Origin: an uncultured Bacilli bacterium
GTDB taxonomy: Bacteria; Bacillota_I; Bacilli_A; RF39; UBA660
Assembly: GCA_947627845.1 (NCBI GenBank)
Contig: CANQXQ010000003.1
Span: 1 to 36,414, forward strand
Direction of reading: 5' to 3'
Length of the DNA stretch: 36,414 nucleotides
The translations under genes were made by a program, and so were the position numbers. The notes beneath the pieces are model-generated. The model saw nothing but the letters and a program-made list of their open reading frames with translations, was not told the origin of the DNA and did not search any database. Shown one piece after another: positions 7,987-18,537 of this stretch (its first letter is position 1; every line of letters starts with the position of its first letter).

Positions 7987-8487
7987 ATGGAAAAAAAGAA
8001 AAAAGAAATAGTTAAAATGTTATTAAAAGAAAATTTAGAAGAAAAAGATGAAGAAGAAATAATTAATTTATTAGTTGATAGTCCCATTGCGATTGATGTC
8101 GATAAAGAAATAGACTCTAAAATGACTTTTGGCGATAAAGTCGCCGATAAATTATCAGAAATTGCTGGTTCATGGACTTTTATTATTGGATTTAGTATAT
8201 TTCTCTTATTTTGGATCATTTTAAATGGTGTAATTTTAATTAAAGCTATTGATCCATACCCCTTTATTTTATTAAATCTTTTACTCTCATGTTTAGCAGC
8301 TCTTCAAGCTCCAATAATCATGATGAGTCAAAATCGGCAATCTAAAAAAGATACTATTCGTAATAAAAATGATTATCGAACTGATTTAAAAAGTGAACTA
8401 ATTTTAGAGCAATTATATGACCAATTAGAAAAAGTTTTACATAATCAAAAAGAAATATTAAGTTATTTAAAAGATGAAAAAAAATAA
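7987..8487 (+). CDS. DUF1003 membrane protein
   Basis: TFGDKVAD..AGSWTFI and DPYPFILLNLLLSCLAALQAPIIMMSQNRQ; start re-assigned to ATG 7987 after AGGAGA. Confidence 0.9.
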   Translation: MEKKKKEIVKMLLKENLEEKDEEEIINLLVDSPIAIDVDKEIDSKMTFGDKVADKLSEIAGSWTFIIGFSIFLLFWIILNGVILIKAIDPYPFILLNLLLSCLAALQAPIIMMSQNRQSKKDTIRNKNDYRTDLKSELILEQLYDQLEKVLHNQKEILSYLKDEKK

Positions 8488-8502
8488 ATTAATTCTTCTT
8501 TA

Positions 8503-8535
8503 GTAACTTAATCGTAACTTTATAAGTAGTATAAT
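8503..8535 (+). promoter_or_regulatory. OmpR-type tandem binding site over the -35 region of the ABC operon promoter
   Basis: GTAACTT at 8503 and 8514 (11-bp period); TATAAT at 8530-8535; no recognisable -35. Confidence 0.65.
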
Positions 8536-8562
8536 TTACTATGAAAAAGGAGGAATTTTCTT

Positions 8563-9234
8563 ATGGAAATCCTAAAAGTAGAAAATTTAACTAAAATTTA
8601 TGGTAAAAATACCACTAAAGTTATCGCCCTAGATAATGTTTCTTTTAGTGTTAAAAAAGGCGAATTTGTGGCTATTGTTGGGGCATCCGGTTCAGGTAAG
8701 TCAACGCTTTTACATTTAATCGGAGGAGTAGATCGACCTACATCCGGTAAAGTTTATATTGACGGTCAAGACATCTTTAATTTTGATGATGATAAATTAG
8801 CAATATTTCGCCGTCGTCAAATAGGCTTAATCTATCAATTTTATAATTTAATTCCTATTTTAAATGTTGAAGAAAACATAACTTTACCACTAGCTTTAGA
8901 TAATCGTCAAGTTAGTAAAGAAAAACTAGATAATATGTTAGACTTATTAGGTTTAACATCAAGACGTGACCATTTACCTCATGAATTATCGGGAGGCCAA
9001 CAACAAAGAACAAGCATAGGAAGAGCTTTAATAACTAATCCTACTCTTATTTTAGCTGATGAACCAACTGGTAATTTAGATAGTAAATCTAGTGATGAAA
9101 TAGTTGCGCTTTTAAAAAAATCTAATAAAGAGTTAAATCAAACAATTATCATGATCACCCATAATTTAGAAATAGCCAAAGTCGCCGATCGAATTATTAA
9201 AATTGAAGATGGCAAAATCATTGAGGAGCAGTAA
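8563..9234 (+). CDS. ABC transporter ATP-binding protein (LolD/MacB-like)
   Basis: Walker A GASGSGKST, LSGGQQQR signature, ILADEPTGNLD. Confidence 0.95.
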   Translation: MEILKVENLTKIYGKNTTKVIALDNVSFSVKKGEFVAIVGASGSGKSTLLHLIGGVDRPTSGKVYIDGQDIFNFDDDKLAIFRRRQIGLIYQFYNLIPILNVEENITLPLALDNRQVSKEKLDNMLDLLGLTSRRDHLPHELSGGQQQRTSIGRALITNPTLILADEPTGNLDSKSSDEIVALLKKSNKELNQTIIMITHNLEIAKVADRIIKIEDGKIIEEQ

Positions 9235-9236
9235 TC

Positions 9237-11852
9237 ATGAATTTACTCAATAAATTAACCATCAAAAATTTAAAGTTAAACAAAAAAAGAACAGTTGTTA
9301 CCATTATTGGTATAATTCTTTCAGTCGCTTTAACGACCGCGGTTTCTTCGATTTATACTAGTGGTATTAAATCACTAATTAATTTTGAAATATATGAAAA
9401 AGGTAATTTTCATACGGCTTATTATGATGTTTCACCCAAAGATTTACCAACTTTTAAAAATAATCGCGCTATAGAAACTTATTATATAACTAAAAATATT
9501 GGTTATGCTAAAATAGCTTCTAAAAATGAATATAAACCTTATGCTTATGTTAAAGCTTTTACTAAAAGTGCTTTAGAAAATCTTTCTATTAAACTAGTTA
9601 ATGGTCGTCTTCCCCAAAATGAAAATGAAATACTTATTCCTACCCATTTAAAAACGAATGGTCGTTTAACTTTAAATATTGGAGATACAATTACTTTAAA
9701 TATGGGTAAAAGAATAAGCCAAGATAATTATGAACTAAGCCAAACCAATCCTTATCAGTATGATGAAATATTTGAAAGTACATCCTTTAAAACTTATACT
9801 ATCGTCGGAATTATAGAAAGACCCGCCTCTAATATTGAAGAATATTCGGCCCCCGGTTTTACTTTTGTTACTTTTATGCCTGATACTAATATTACTGATA
9901 ATATCGATTTATATGTTAAATATACTAAAGATGGTGTTAAAAATGCTTATCAAGTAACCGCCGGTATATTAGGTGTAGATCAAGAATTATTTACTAAATA
10001 TTATAATGCGACCGCGACTTATGATGAGGTAGTTAAATATAATAATGAAGAACTACCCAAAGAAAAATATAAAATTAATATTAATTCTTATTTAATTACT
10101 TTACAAACTAATCCTATTAAAGAAAGTGGAATTGAGGGTCTAGGTCAAATTGTTTGTGTTGTTCTAGCTATAATTGTCTTTACTTCTATCTTCTGTATTA
10201 AAAATAGTTTTGACATATCTATTACTGAAAAAATAAAACAGTATGGTATGTTACGTAGTGTTGGCGCGACTAAAAAACAAATTAAAAAGAATGTTTTTTA
10301 TGAAGCTACTATTTTAGGTTTAATTGGTATTCCTTTAGGAATATTAAGTGGTTTTCTAGCTTCCTATATCTTAATAATTGTTAGTAATTATTTCTTAAAT
10401 GGCGTAATAAGCCACGGCTTAAAACTTGTCTTTACTTTCTCGATTTATGCTGTTTTAATTGCTATTATATTAGGCATAATAACTCTTTATTTTTCAGCCT
10501 TTCAAAGCGCTAGACGCGCATCAAAAATATCACCAATCGAATCTATAAGAAATAGTGCTAATATTAAAATAAAACATCAAAAAATAAAATCATCAAAACT
10601 TATCAAAAAACTCTTTGGCATAGGGGGAGAAATATCATTTAAAAATTTAAAGAGAAACAAAAAGAAATATCGCACAACTGTCCTATCATTAGTAATATCA
10701 GTTTTTGTATTTATTGCTTTATCAAGTTTTATGGATTTAGCTTTCGACTCTGTTAAAAATGAATTAAATATCTCGGAATATAATTTAAATCTAATCACTA
10801 ATAATATCGAAGCTAATAATTATCTTAACTATTTAGCAACTACTACTTTAAATAATATTGAAGAATATTCAGTTATAAGATCTAAAGATATTGTTCTTAA
10901 AAACCCTAAATATAATCCCGCCTATTTAAATTGGATTAATTCTGATACAGTTGATTTAGAAGAAAACTATAGTAGTTTTTATACTTTAGGTAAAGAACCC
11001 TATCAAAAATATTTAAAATCTTTAGGCTTAAAATATGAAGATATGCAAGATAAAGTAATTATTGCCGATTATGGTAAAAGTACTCGGCAAATTAATGATA
11101 AATATGAAAGTCAATATTTTCATTTATATTCTTATCAAAAAGGTGATATTATAAATATTAAAATAAATGATACTGATAGTATCGAAACTAATAATGAATA
11201 TCTTTCTTTAGAGGTAGGATTTGTTACTAAAGAGCAACCATTTGGCCTTAAAAATACTAATAGTACTAAAATAATTATTAGTGATGAATTATTTGATAAA
11301 TTAACTAAAACCAATCATCTGGAAATTTATTATAAATCTAATAATGCGACTGTCTTACAAGATGATATTGATGCGACCTTAAAAGGGGAGACTTACACCC
11401 TTAATAATTTAGAAGAAAATGTTACGATGATGAACAAATTATTTACTTTAATTGGTATCTTCTTATATGGCTTTATTATTGTTATAACTTTAATAGGAAT
11501 TACTAATATCTTTAATACTATTACAACTAATATGGAACTTCGAAAACCTGAATTTGCCATGTTAAAATCTATTGGTATGACAACCTATGAATTTAACCGC
11601 ATGATTAGATTAGAAACTGTTTTTATGGGAGCTAAAACTTTATTATTTGGTCTTCCCATTGGTTTAGGACTATCATATTTAATGTATTATTTATTAGGTA
11701 AAAATTCGGGCTTATCTTATCATTTACCAACACTTGCTATAGTAATTGCTATTTTAGCGGTCTTTGTTCTTATTTCTTTAATAATGAAATACTCTTTAAA
11801 TAAAATAAATAAACAAAATACTATTGAAACTATACGTAATGAAAACATTTAA
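9237..11852 (+). CDS. FtsX/MacB-like ABC permease (duplicated FtsX domains)
   Basis: Two FtsX motifs (KQYGMLRSVGAT, EFAMLKSIGMT) and two large extracellular loops. Confidence 0.9.
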   Translation: MNLLNKLTIKNLKLNKKRTVVTIIGIILSVALTTAVSSIYTSGIKSLINFEIYEKGNFHTAYYDVSPKDLPTFKNNRAIETYYITKNIGYAKIASKNEYKPYAYVKAFTKSALENLSIKLVNGRLPQNENEILIPTHLKTNGRLTLNIGDTITLNMGKRISQDNYELSQTNPYQYDEIFESTSFKTYTIVGIIERPASNIEEYSAPGFTFVTFMPDTNITDNIDLYVKYTKDGVKNAYQVTAGILGVDQELFTKYYNATATYDEVVKYNNEELPKEKYKININSYLITLQTNPIKESGIEGLGQIVCVVLAIIVFTSIFCIKNSFDISITEKIKQYGMLRSVGATKKQIKKNVFYEATILGLIGIPLGILSGFLASYILIIVSNYFLNGVISHGLKLVFTFSIYAVLIAIILGIITLYFSAFQSARRASKISPIESIRNSANIKIKHQKIKSSKLIKKLFGIGGEISFKNLKRNKKKYRTTVLSLVISVFVFIALSSFMDLAFDSVKNELNISEYNLNLITNNIEANNYLNYLATTTLNNIEEYSVIRSKDIVLKNPKYNPAYLNWINSDTVDLEENYSSFYTLGKEPYQKYLKSLGLKYEDMQDKVIIADYGKSTRQINDKYESQYFHLYSYQKGDIINIKINDTDSIETNNEYLSLEVGFVTKEQPFGLKNTNSTKIIISDELFDKLTKTNHLEIYYKSNNATVLQDDIDATLKGETYTLNNLEENVTMMNKLFTLIGIFLYGFIIVITLIGITNIFNTITTNMELRKPEFAMLKSIGMTTYEFNRMIRLETVFMGAKTLLFGLPIGLGLSYLMYYLLGKNSGLSYHLPTLAIVIAILAVFVLISLIMKYSLNKINKQNTIETIRNENI

Positions 11853-11854
11853 AA

Positions 11855-11880
11855 GGAGCTTCTAAAAAAGCTCCATTTTT
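11855..11880 (+). terminator. intrinsic terminator
   Basis: GGAGCTT/AAGCTCC stem followed by ATTTTT. Confidence 0.7.
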
Positions 11881-11946
11881 AGCTTTATTTAAAAAAGTAA
11901 CTAACCAGTATTATACGTGTTATAATAAATTAGAAAGGACTTATTT

Positions 11947-12603
11947 ATGAATATACTACTAATTGAAGATAATATCTCTATTATTAAAGGATTAACTTAT
12001 TCTTTTACTAAAAATAATTATCATATTATTGCAAAAACAACTATTAAAGATACATTAGAATATTTAAACACTAATCCTAATCTTGATTTAATTATTTTAG
12101 ATATAACTTTACCTGATGGAAATGGTTATAATTTTTTTAAAAGTACCCTTAAACACTTAAATATTCCTATCATTTTCTTAACTGCTAACGATGAAGAAAA
12201 TATTATCGTTTCTTCTCTAAATGAGGGTGCCGAAGATTATTTAACTAAACCCTTTAGTATTAAAGAACTTTTAGTGCGGGTAAATAAAATTATTTTACGG
12301 ACTAAAAAAAGTAGTATCATTAAAGTTAAAGATCTTACCTTTGATTTTGATAAATTAATTTTAACTAAAAATAATAAACCTCTTGATCTAACCCCATTAG
12401 AATTAAAAATTATTAATTTATTATTTTTAAATATTAATAAAGTTGTTAGTCGTAATTTTTTACTAGATAAAATTTGGGAATGGACAGGTAATTATATTGA
12501 TGATCATACTATTACGGTTTATTTTAATCGTATCAGAGAAAAAATAGGCCCAAATATTATTACAACTATTAAAGGAATGGGGTATAGAATAGATGCAGAA
12601 TAA
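11947..12603 (+). CDS. OmpR-family response regulator
   Basis: LLIED, ILDITLPDGNG, FLTA and KPF receiver motifs; winged helix ending TIKGMGYR. Confidence 0.95.
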   Translation: MNILLIEDNISIIKGLTYSFTKNNYHIIAKTTIKDTLEYLNTNPNLDLIILDITLPDGNGYNFFKSTLKHLNIPIIFLTANDEENIIVSSLNEGAEDYLTKPFSIKELLVRVNKIILRTKKSSIIKVKDLTFDFDKLILTKNNKPLDLTPLELKIINLLFLNINKVVSRNFLLDKIWEWTGNYIDDHTITVYFNRIREKIGPNIITTIKGMGYRIDAE

Positions 12604-13804
12604 AGTTAAATTAAAAAAATATCTTCTTTTAATCTTAATTATTTCTTTAATATTTTTAATTAGTTTTCTAGGTGTAAATATTTATGAACATCATACTTTA
12701 ATTAAAAATAATAATTATCAAATAGCTTCTTTAGTTAATGTCATAAAAAATAATTACCCCAATATTAGTGATGAAACAATAATAACTATTTTAAATGAGA
12801 AAGAACCCCTAAATGTAGAACTCTTTAATAAATATGGTATAGATTTAACTAAAGATACCATAAGTTTATCTAATGTAAAATTATCACATAATTATCTCGT
12901 AATAAATCTTTGCTTAATCTTTCTAATAATTATTATTTTCTTGATTATCTTTTTAATTTATGATTTTACATCTAGTAAAGAAATTAAAAACTTAACTAAA
13001 TATTTAGAAGAATTAAATAAAAAGAATTATAGTTTAAAGATAACTACTAACTCGGAAGATGAATTATCTATTTTAAGAAACGAAATATATAAAACAACAA
13101 TTATGTTAAAAGAAATGGCCGAAATTAATGCCAAAGATAAATTAAACTTAAAGAAATCTTTAGAAGATATTTCTCATCAATTAAGAACTCCCTTAACTAG
13201 TATATTAGTGATGTTAGATAATTTAATTGATGATAATGATATAGATCTAAATACTCAAAATGAATTTTTAAGAGATATTAAAAGACAAACACTAAATATT
13301 AGTTTTCTCGTTGAAAACATTTTAAAACTTTCCAAATTTGATGCTAATACTATAAAACTTAATAATGAAAAAATCTATCTTCATGATATTATTAGAGAGT
13401 CAGCTAAAAATGTCGCTCCTTTAAGTGATTTAAAAAATATTAAAGTAAATATTATGGGTGATCATAAAATTCAAATAAATGGTGATTTAAAATGGCAAGT
13501 AGAAGCCTTAACTAATATTTTAAAAAATAGTTTAGAATATTCTTCTATAAATTCTGATGTAGAATTAACTTATGGTAAAAATAATATTTATGCTTATATT
13601 AATATCAAAAATAAAGGTCAAGAAATTGCTAAAAAAGATTTAAAACATATATTTGAACGTTTTTATAAAGGTGCTAATTCATCTTCGGAAAGTATTGGTA
13701 TAGGACTAGCTTTAGCAAAGACCATTATTGAAGAGACAAATGGCACGATAACTGCCACTTCTAGTAATGGGGAAACTGTCTTTACTATTAAATATTTTTA
13801 TTAA
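12593..13804 (+). CDS. sensor histidine kinase (2 TM, HAMP-like, HisKA, HATPase)
   Basis: DISHQLRTPL H-box, NILKNSLEYS N-box, IFERFYKG, GIGLAL; overlaps the regulator stop. Confidence 0.93.
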   Translation: MQNKVKLKKYLLLILIISLIFLISFLGVNIYEHHTLIKNNNYQIASLVNVIKNNYPNISDETIITILNEKEPLNVELFNKYGIDLTKDTISLSNVKLSHNYLVINLCLIFLIIIIFLIIFLIYDFTSSKEIKNLTKYLEELNKKNYSLKITTNSEDELSILRNEIYKTTIMLKEMAEINAKDKLNLKKSLEDISHQLRTPLTSILVMLDNLIDDNDIDLNTQNEFLRDIKRQTLNISFLVENILKLSKFDANTIKLNNEKIYLHDIIRESAKNVAPLSDLKNIKVNIMGDHKIQINGDLKWQVEALTNILKNSLEYSSINSDVELTYGKNNIYAYINIKNKGQEIAKKDLKHIFERFYKGANSSSESIGIGLALAKTIIEETNGTITATSSNGETVFTIKYFY

Positions 13805-13809
13805 TAAAC

Positions 13810-16413
13810 TTAATCCTTAAATAATTTAACAATAATTTTTTTCAAAAATTCATCTACTAAAAAGGCTAATATAACCACTAAAATAACATAAGTTACCTGA
13901 ATTAAACTTAAACTTGTAATGCCAAATATATATTTAATTGGACTAATAAATACTAAAAGTTGAATAAAAGCTAAAACTAAAATACTTCTATTTAAGATTT
14001 TATTTTGCCCCAATTTTTTATTTAATACACTATTTTTTAAATTCCGACAACTATAAGCAAAAATAATTTCTTGTAAAATTAAAGTTAAGAAAGCCATAGT
14101 TGAGGCCACATTAACATCATATACTTTTAAATTAACGAAATAAACAATTAAAATAATCATCATTTTTATTATTGCGGAAGTAAGTATTTTAGCAAGTAAA
14201 AAAGGGGTAAAAAATGAACTATCTTTTTTTCTTACTTTTCTTTTCATAAGATCTTCATCGCCATCTTCAAAAGCTAAAGCTATGGCTGGTAAACTATCAG
14301 TAATTAAATTAATATATAAAAGTTGAATTGGTAAAAATATTTCTACACCTAGTATCATTCCAATAAATACAATTAATACCTCGGCAATATTCGCGGCTAG
14401 TAAATAAACTAATACATTTCGAATATTATCAAATATTCTCCGACCCTCTTGTACCGCGGTGACAATGGTGGCAAAACTATCATCGGAAAGAACTATATCG
14501 GCGACATTTTTAGATACTTCGGTCCCTGTAATACCCATGCCAATTCCAATATTTGCACTTTTAATCGCTGGCGCATCATTAATTCCATCACCTGCCATAG
14601 CCACCACTTTGCCTTTTTCTTTCCAAGCCTTAACAATACTTAATTTATTAATAGGACTAACTCGCGCATAAACACTATATTTAGCAATATTTTCTCGTAA
14701 CTCTAATTCATTCATTTTATCAAGCTCATACCCTAAAATAGCTTCTCTATCATCTTCCATTATACCAACTTCTTTGGCAATCGCTTTCGCTGTATCTAAA
14801 CTATCACCTGTAATCATAATGGGTTTAATATGGGCTGTTTTACATAAAGCAATTGCTTCTTTAACCTCACTTCGGGGTGGATCAATCATGGCTGTTAAAC
14901 CGACAAAGATTAAATCATTTTCCAGTTCCTTGTTAATATTAAATTTACCCTCAATTTCTTTATAACCATAAGCTAGAATACGATAAGCTTTATTAGACTC
15001 TAATATTTCAATATTTTTTAATTCTTCTTTCTTTTTCTTGGTTAATTTTTTAACTTTATTATCTTCTAATATAAATTTACATCTGGTAATAAGAGAATCG
15101 AAACTACCTTTAATATATAATCTAATTTTATCATTACATTTATTAATCGTTGACATCATTTTTCGTTCAGAGTCAAAAGGTAATTCGCCAATTCTTTCAT
15201 TTTGCATTTGAACAGCTCTAACATCTAAATATTTACTACAACATTCATATAAAGCAATTTCGGTCGGATCTCCAATATATTCTTCTTCATTTTTTTCAGC
15301 ATCATTATTTAAAGCTAATATTTGTAATAATAAATTATCTTTTTTTAGTTCATTATATTTCCAAAGTTTATTATCAAAATATAATTCTTCGACTTTCATT
15401 TTATTTTGGGTAATCGTCCCTGTTTTATCAGTACATATAATATCAGTACAACCTAAAGTTTCAATACTTGCCATTTTTCTTACAATTGCCTTTTTTTTCG
15501 CCATTACGCCCATCCCTAAAGATAAAGTAATTGTAATAATCGCTGGTAATCCCTCGGGTATAGCCGCGACGGCTAAAGATATAGCTAACATAATAACTTC
15601 CATTAATTTCATATCTTTTAAAATACCAATAATAATCATCAACCCAATAATAACCATTACAATTTTAGTTAAAAATTTACTTATATCATTAATTTTCTTT
15701 TGTAAAGGGGTAATTTCTTTTTCTTGATTTTCTAAACTTTTCGCAATCATTCCAAATTCCGTATCATCTTTTGTTTTACAAACTACAGCTATACCTTTAC
15801 CATAAACAATATTTGTGCCGGCATATAACATATTAGATCTTTGAGCTAAAGGTGTATCTAAACTTAATGTTTTTATATCTTTTTCTACCGGAATAGACTC
15901 CCCAGTTAAGGCTGCTTCCTGGGCTTTTAAACTAGCCGCATATATAATTCTTGCATCCACGGTTACTTTATCACCAGGTTCCACTAAAAGAATATCACCC
16001 TTAACTAATTCTTCACTTTTAATAATCATAACTTTATTATTTCTTTTTACTTTAACTTTAGTTACTTGACTTTTATTTAAAGCATCAATTGCTTTATCAG
16101 CTTTTAATTCTTGTAAAAAACCTAAAATAGCATTCATAATAACAATCGCTAATATAACTATACTATCAATAAATGACTCATCTTTAACAATGGCTAAAAT
16201 AAAAGAAAATAAAGCGACGATTAAAAGAACAATAATCATTAAATCTTTAAATTCTTCTAAAAATTTTTTAAACTTTGACTCTTTTTTATTTTCTTTTAAG
16301 ATATTTAATCCATCTTTTTCTAATCTTTTTTGAGCTTCTTTAATATCTAAACCCTCTTTAGTCGTCTTAAGCTCTTTTAAAACTTGTTCTATATTTTCAT
16401 TATAGTATCTCAT
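13810..16413 (-). CDS. P-type ATPase, P2A (Ca2+-transporting-like)
   Basis: LTGES, IPEGLP, DKTGT, MITGD, GDGINDAPA and NLITDSLPA motifs. Confidence 0.95.
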   Translation of the reverse strand: MRYYNENIEQVLKELKTTKEGLDIKEAQKRLEKDGLNILKENKKESKFKKFLEEFKDLMIIVLLIVALFSFILAIVKDESFIDSIVILAIVIMNAILGFLQELKADKAIDALNKSQVTKVKVKRNNKVMIIKSEELVKGDILLVEPGDKVTVDARIIYAASLKAQEAALTGESIPVEKDIKTLSLDTPLAQRSNMLYAGTNIVYGKGIAVVCKTKDDTEFGMIAKSLENQEKEITPLQKKINDISKFLTKIVMVIIGLMIIIGILKDMKLMEVIMLAISLAVAAIPEGLPAIITITLSLGMGVMAKKKAIVRKMASIETLGCTDIICTDKTGTITQNKMKVEELYFDNKLWKYNELKKDNLLLQILALNNDAEKNEEEYIGDPTEIALYECCSKYLDVRAVQMQNERIGELPFDSERKMMSTINKCNDKIRLYIKGSFDSLITRCKFILEDNKVKKLTKKKKEELKNIEILESNKAYRILAYGYKEIEGKFNINKELENDLIFVGLTAMIDPPRSEVKEAIALCKTAHIKPIMITGDSLDTAKAIAKEVGIMEDDREAILGYELDKMNELELRENIAKYSVYARVSPINKLSIVKAWKEKGKVVAMAGDGINDAPAIKSANIGIGMGITGTEVSKNVADIVLSDDSFATIVTAVQEGRRIFDNIRNVLVYLLAANIAEVLIVFIGMILGVEIFLPIQLLYINLITDSLPAIALAFEDGDEDLMKRKVRKKDSSFFTPFLLAKILTSAIIKMMIILIVYFVNLKVYDVNVASTMAFLTLILQEIIFAYSCRNLKNSVLNKKLGQNKILNRSILVLAFIQLLVFISPIKYIFGITSLSLIQVTYVILVVILAFLVDEFLKKIIVKLFKD

Positions 16414-16521
16414 AATATCTTCCTTTATATTCTATTCTATTATAACATAAAGTTTTTTTAAAATATATTTTTTGTAACAAATTAAAATATTAATAGTATA
16501 ATTTATGAACGAGGTAATAAT

Positions 16522-16655
16522 ATGGAACCTAAATTTGCTGACATCTATCAAGAATATTTTCCTAGTGTATATCGCTACTTATTAAGTCTTACTAAAGGCA
16601 TTATTTTGCAGAATAATTAACGGAAGAAACTTTTTTTAAACTTTTAAATAAAATA
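16522..16655 (+). pseudogene. ECF sigma-70 factor pseudogene (region 2 remnant)
   Basis: GAGGT RBS then MEPKFADIYQEYFPSVYRYLLSLTKG; a -1 frame continues HYFAE*LTEETFFKLLNKI, matching the ECF region-2 pattern Y..Y...VYRY......AE(D/E)L.QETF.K; frameshift, stop and truncation are all visible. Confidence 0.75.
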
Positions 16656-16711
16656 GCTTGTATTATCTTAAAAAATAAAAGATAATATTATTACAGAAAA
16701 GAAGTGCTATT

Positions 16712-18523
16712 ATGAAAAAAATATCTAAAATAAAAAGTATGTTAACTTATAATTTAAAATCTTTAATTGGCTTTGAAATAATTTATAAATTATCAACTAC
16801 TATTATCTTTGTTCCCTTATTTTTAAGTATCTTTAAACTTATAACTAAAGTAAGTGGTTATACTTATTTAACTTTTGAAAATATCTTTAATTTTTTACTT
16901 AATCCCTTAACTATCTTATTTTTACTTATATTAATATTAATTATGACTTTTTATACTATCATTGATATTAGTACCATTATTCTTATCTTAGATAGTTCTT
17001 ACCAAAAAAAGAAAATAACTATTAAAGAAGCTTTTATTCTATCTCTAAAAAAATCAATCCAAGTTTTTAAACCTCAAAATATTTTATTTTCTTTCTTAAT
17101 AATTTTTTTAATTCCATTCTTAAATTTAGGTATATCATCTAGCTTTATTTCTACCATTTCTATTCCGGAATTTATTTTAGATTTCATCATGCATAATAAT
17201 TTCCTTTTAATAATTTATTTATTAGTTATCTTCTTCTTAAGTGTTTTATTATTTAAATGGTTATATGCGATGCATTATTATATCTTAGAAGATTGTAATT
17301 TTAAAGAAGCTTGTCATAAAAGTTCTACCTTAAGTAAAAAAAATAAATTAAAAGATTTTTTAAGAATTATTCTTATTGAATTAGTCATGTTCATTCTTTA
17401 TTTTATCTTTATCTTACTAGGAATAATACTTATTCTTTTCCTTACTAAAATATTTAATAAAACTAATATCTTAAGTAATTTATCTATTACAATTATCTGG
17501 CTTTTAATTGCTTTATCATTTGTTATTTTAAGCTTACTTACAACCCCAATTTGTTATGCCATAATAAGTGTATTATATTATAATCATAAAGAAAAAAATA
17601 ACGAAGAAATTAAACATATTAAAGTAAATGAAAAAGAAATTAAAAAAGCTTCAAAAAAATTTACTATTTTAAAATATACTATTATTGTTTTAATTATTGT
17701 TAGTTCAAGTATCTTTACTTATTCTCTTTTAAATGGTCATTATGATTTTAATATTGAATATATAAGAACCATGGAAGTCACAGCTCATCGGGGTGCCTCC
17801 AAGCTTTACCCTGAAAATACTATGGCTGCCTTTATTGGCGCTAAAGAATTAAACGCGGATTGGATTGAACTTGATGTTCAACAAACTAAAGATCAAAAAT
17901 TAATTATTTTACATGATACTAATTTAAAAAGAACCACCGGCCTTAATAAAAATACTTGGGATGCTACTTATGATGAAATCGCCAAATTAGACGCGGGAAG
18001 TTTCTTTAGTTCTAAATTTAAAGGCGAGAAAATTCCTTTATTAGAAGATGTTATATCATTTGCTAAAGAAAATAATATTAAACTAAAACCAACGGGCCAT
18101 GAAACTGATTTTGAAAAGGCGGTCGGGGAAGTAATAAAAAAATATGATTTTGAAAATAACTGTGTTATAACATCTCAAGTATATAGTGTTTTAGAAAACT
18201 TAAAAGAGTATGATCCCAATTTAAAAACCGTTTATGTTATGTCTTTAGCTTATGGTGATATTACTAGCTTAAAGGCCGCCGATAACTTTAGTATTGAAGC
18301 ATCAAGTATTACTAAAACTTTAGTTAATAAAGTCCATAATGCTGGTAAACAACTATATGCTTGGACAGTTAATACGGAAAATAGTATTAATGCCATGATT
18401 GAATTAAATGTTGATAATATTATTACTGATAATATAACTTTAGCTAAAGATACTATTTATTCTTGTAAAACTAGTAATATAATCCAAGAATATGTTAAAT
18501 TTATAAATAATCTTTTAAAGTAA
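16712..18523 (+). CDS. membrane-domain glycerophosphodiester phosphodiesterase (GDPD), possibly inactivated
   Basis: Multi-TM N-terminus; TAHRGAS..PENT, IELDVQQTKD, LHD, WTVN and IITD motifs; the usual NIELK motif is absent (NNIKLKPTG). Confidence 0.88.
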   Translation: MKKISKIKSMLTYNLKSLIGFEIIYKLSTTIIFVPLFLSIFKLITKVSGYTYLTFENIFNFLLNPLTILFLLILILIMTFYTIIDISTIILILDSSYQKKKITIKEAFILSLKKSIQVFKPQNILFSFLIIFLIPFLNLGISSSFISTISIPEFILDFIMHNNFLLIIYLLVIFFLSVLLFKWLYAMHYYILEDCNFKEACHKSSTLSKKNKLKDFLRIILIELVMFILYFIFILLGIILILFLTKIFNKTNILSNLSITIIWLLIALSFVILSLLTTPICYAIISVLYYNHKEKNNEEIKHIKVNEKEIKKASKKFTILKYTIIVLIIVSSSIFTYSLLNGHYDFNIEYIRTMEVTAHRGASKLYPENTMAAFIGAKELNADWIELDVQQTKDQKLIILHDTNLKRTTGLNKNTWDATYDEIAKLDAGSFFSSKFKGEKIPLLEDVISFAKENNIKLKPTGHETDFEKAVGEVIKKYDFENNCVITSQVYSVLENLKEYDPNLKTVYVMSLAYGDITSLKAADNFSIEASSITKTLVNKVHNAGKQLYAWTVNTENSINAMIELNVDNIITDNITLAKDTIYSCKTSNIIQEYVKFINNLLK

Positions 18524-18537
18524 AGGACGGAAGTATT

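Noticed and set aside
7926-8219. 97-aa minus-strand ORF
   Set aside because: Antisense to the well-supported DUF1003 gene
10577-10798. 73-aa minus-strand ORF
   Set aside because: Antisense within the FtsX permease
14449-14965. Three short plus-strand ORFs
   Set aside because: Antisense shadows of conserved P-type ATPase motifs
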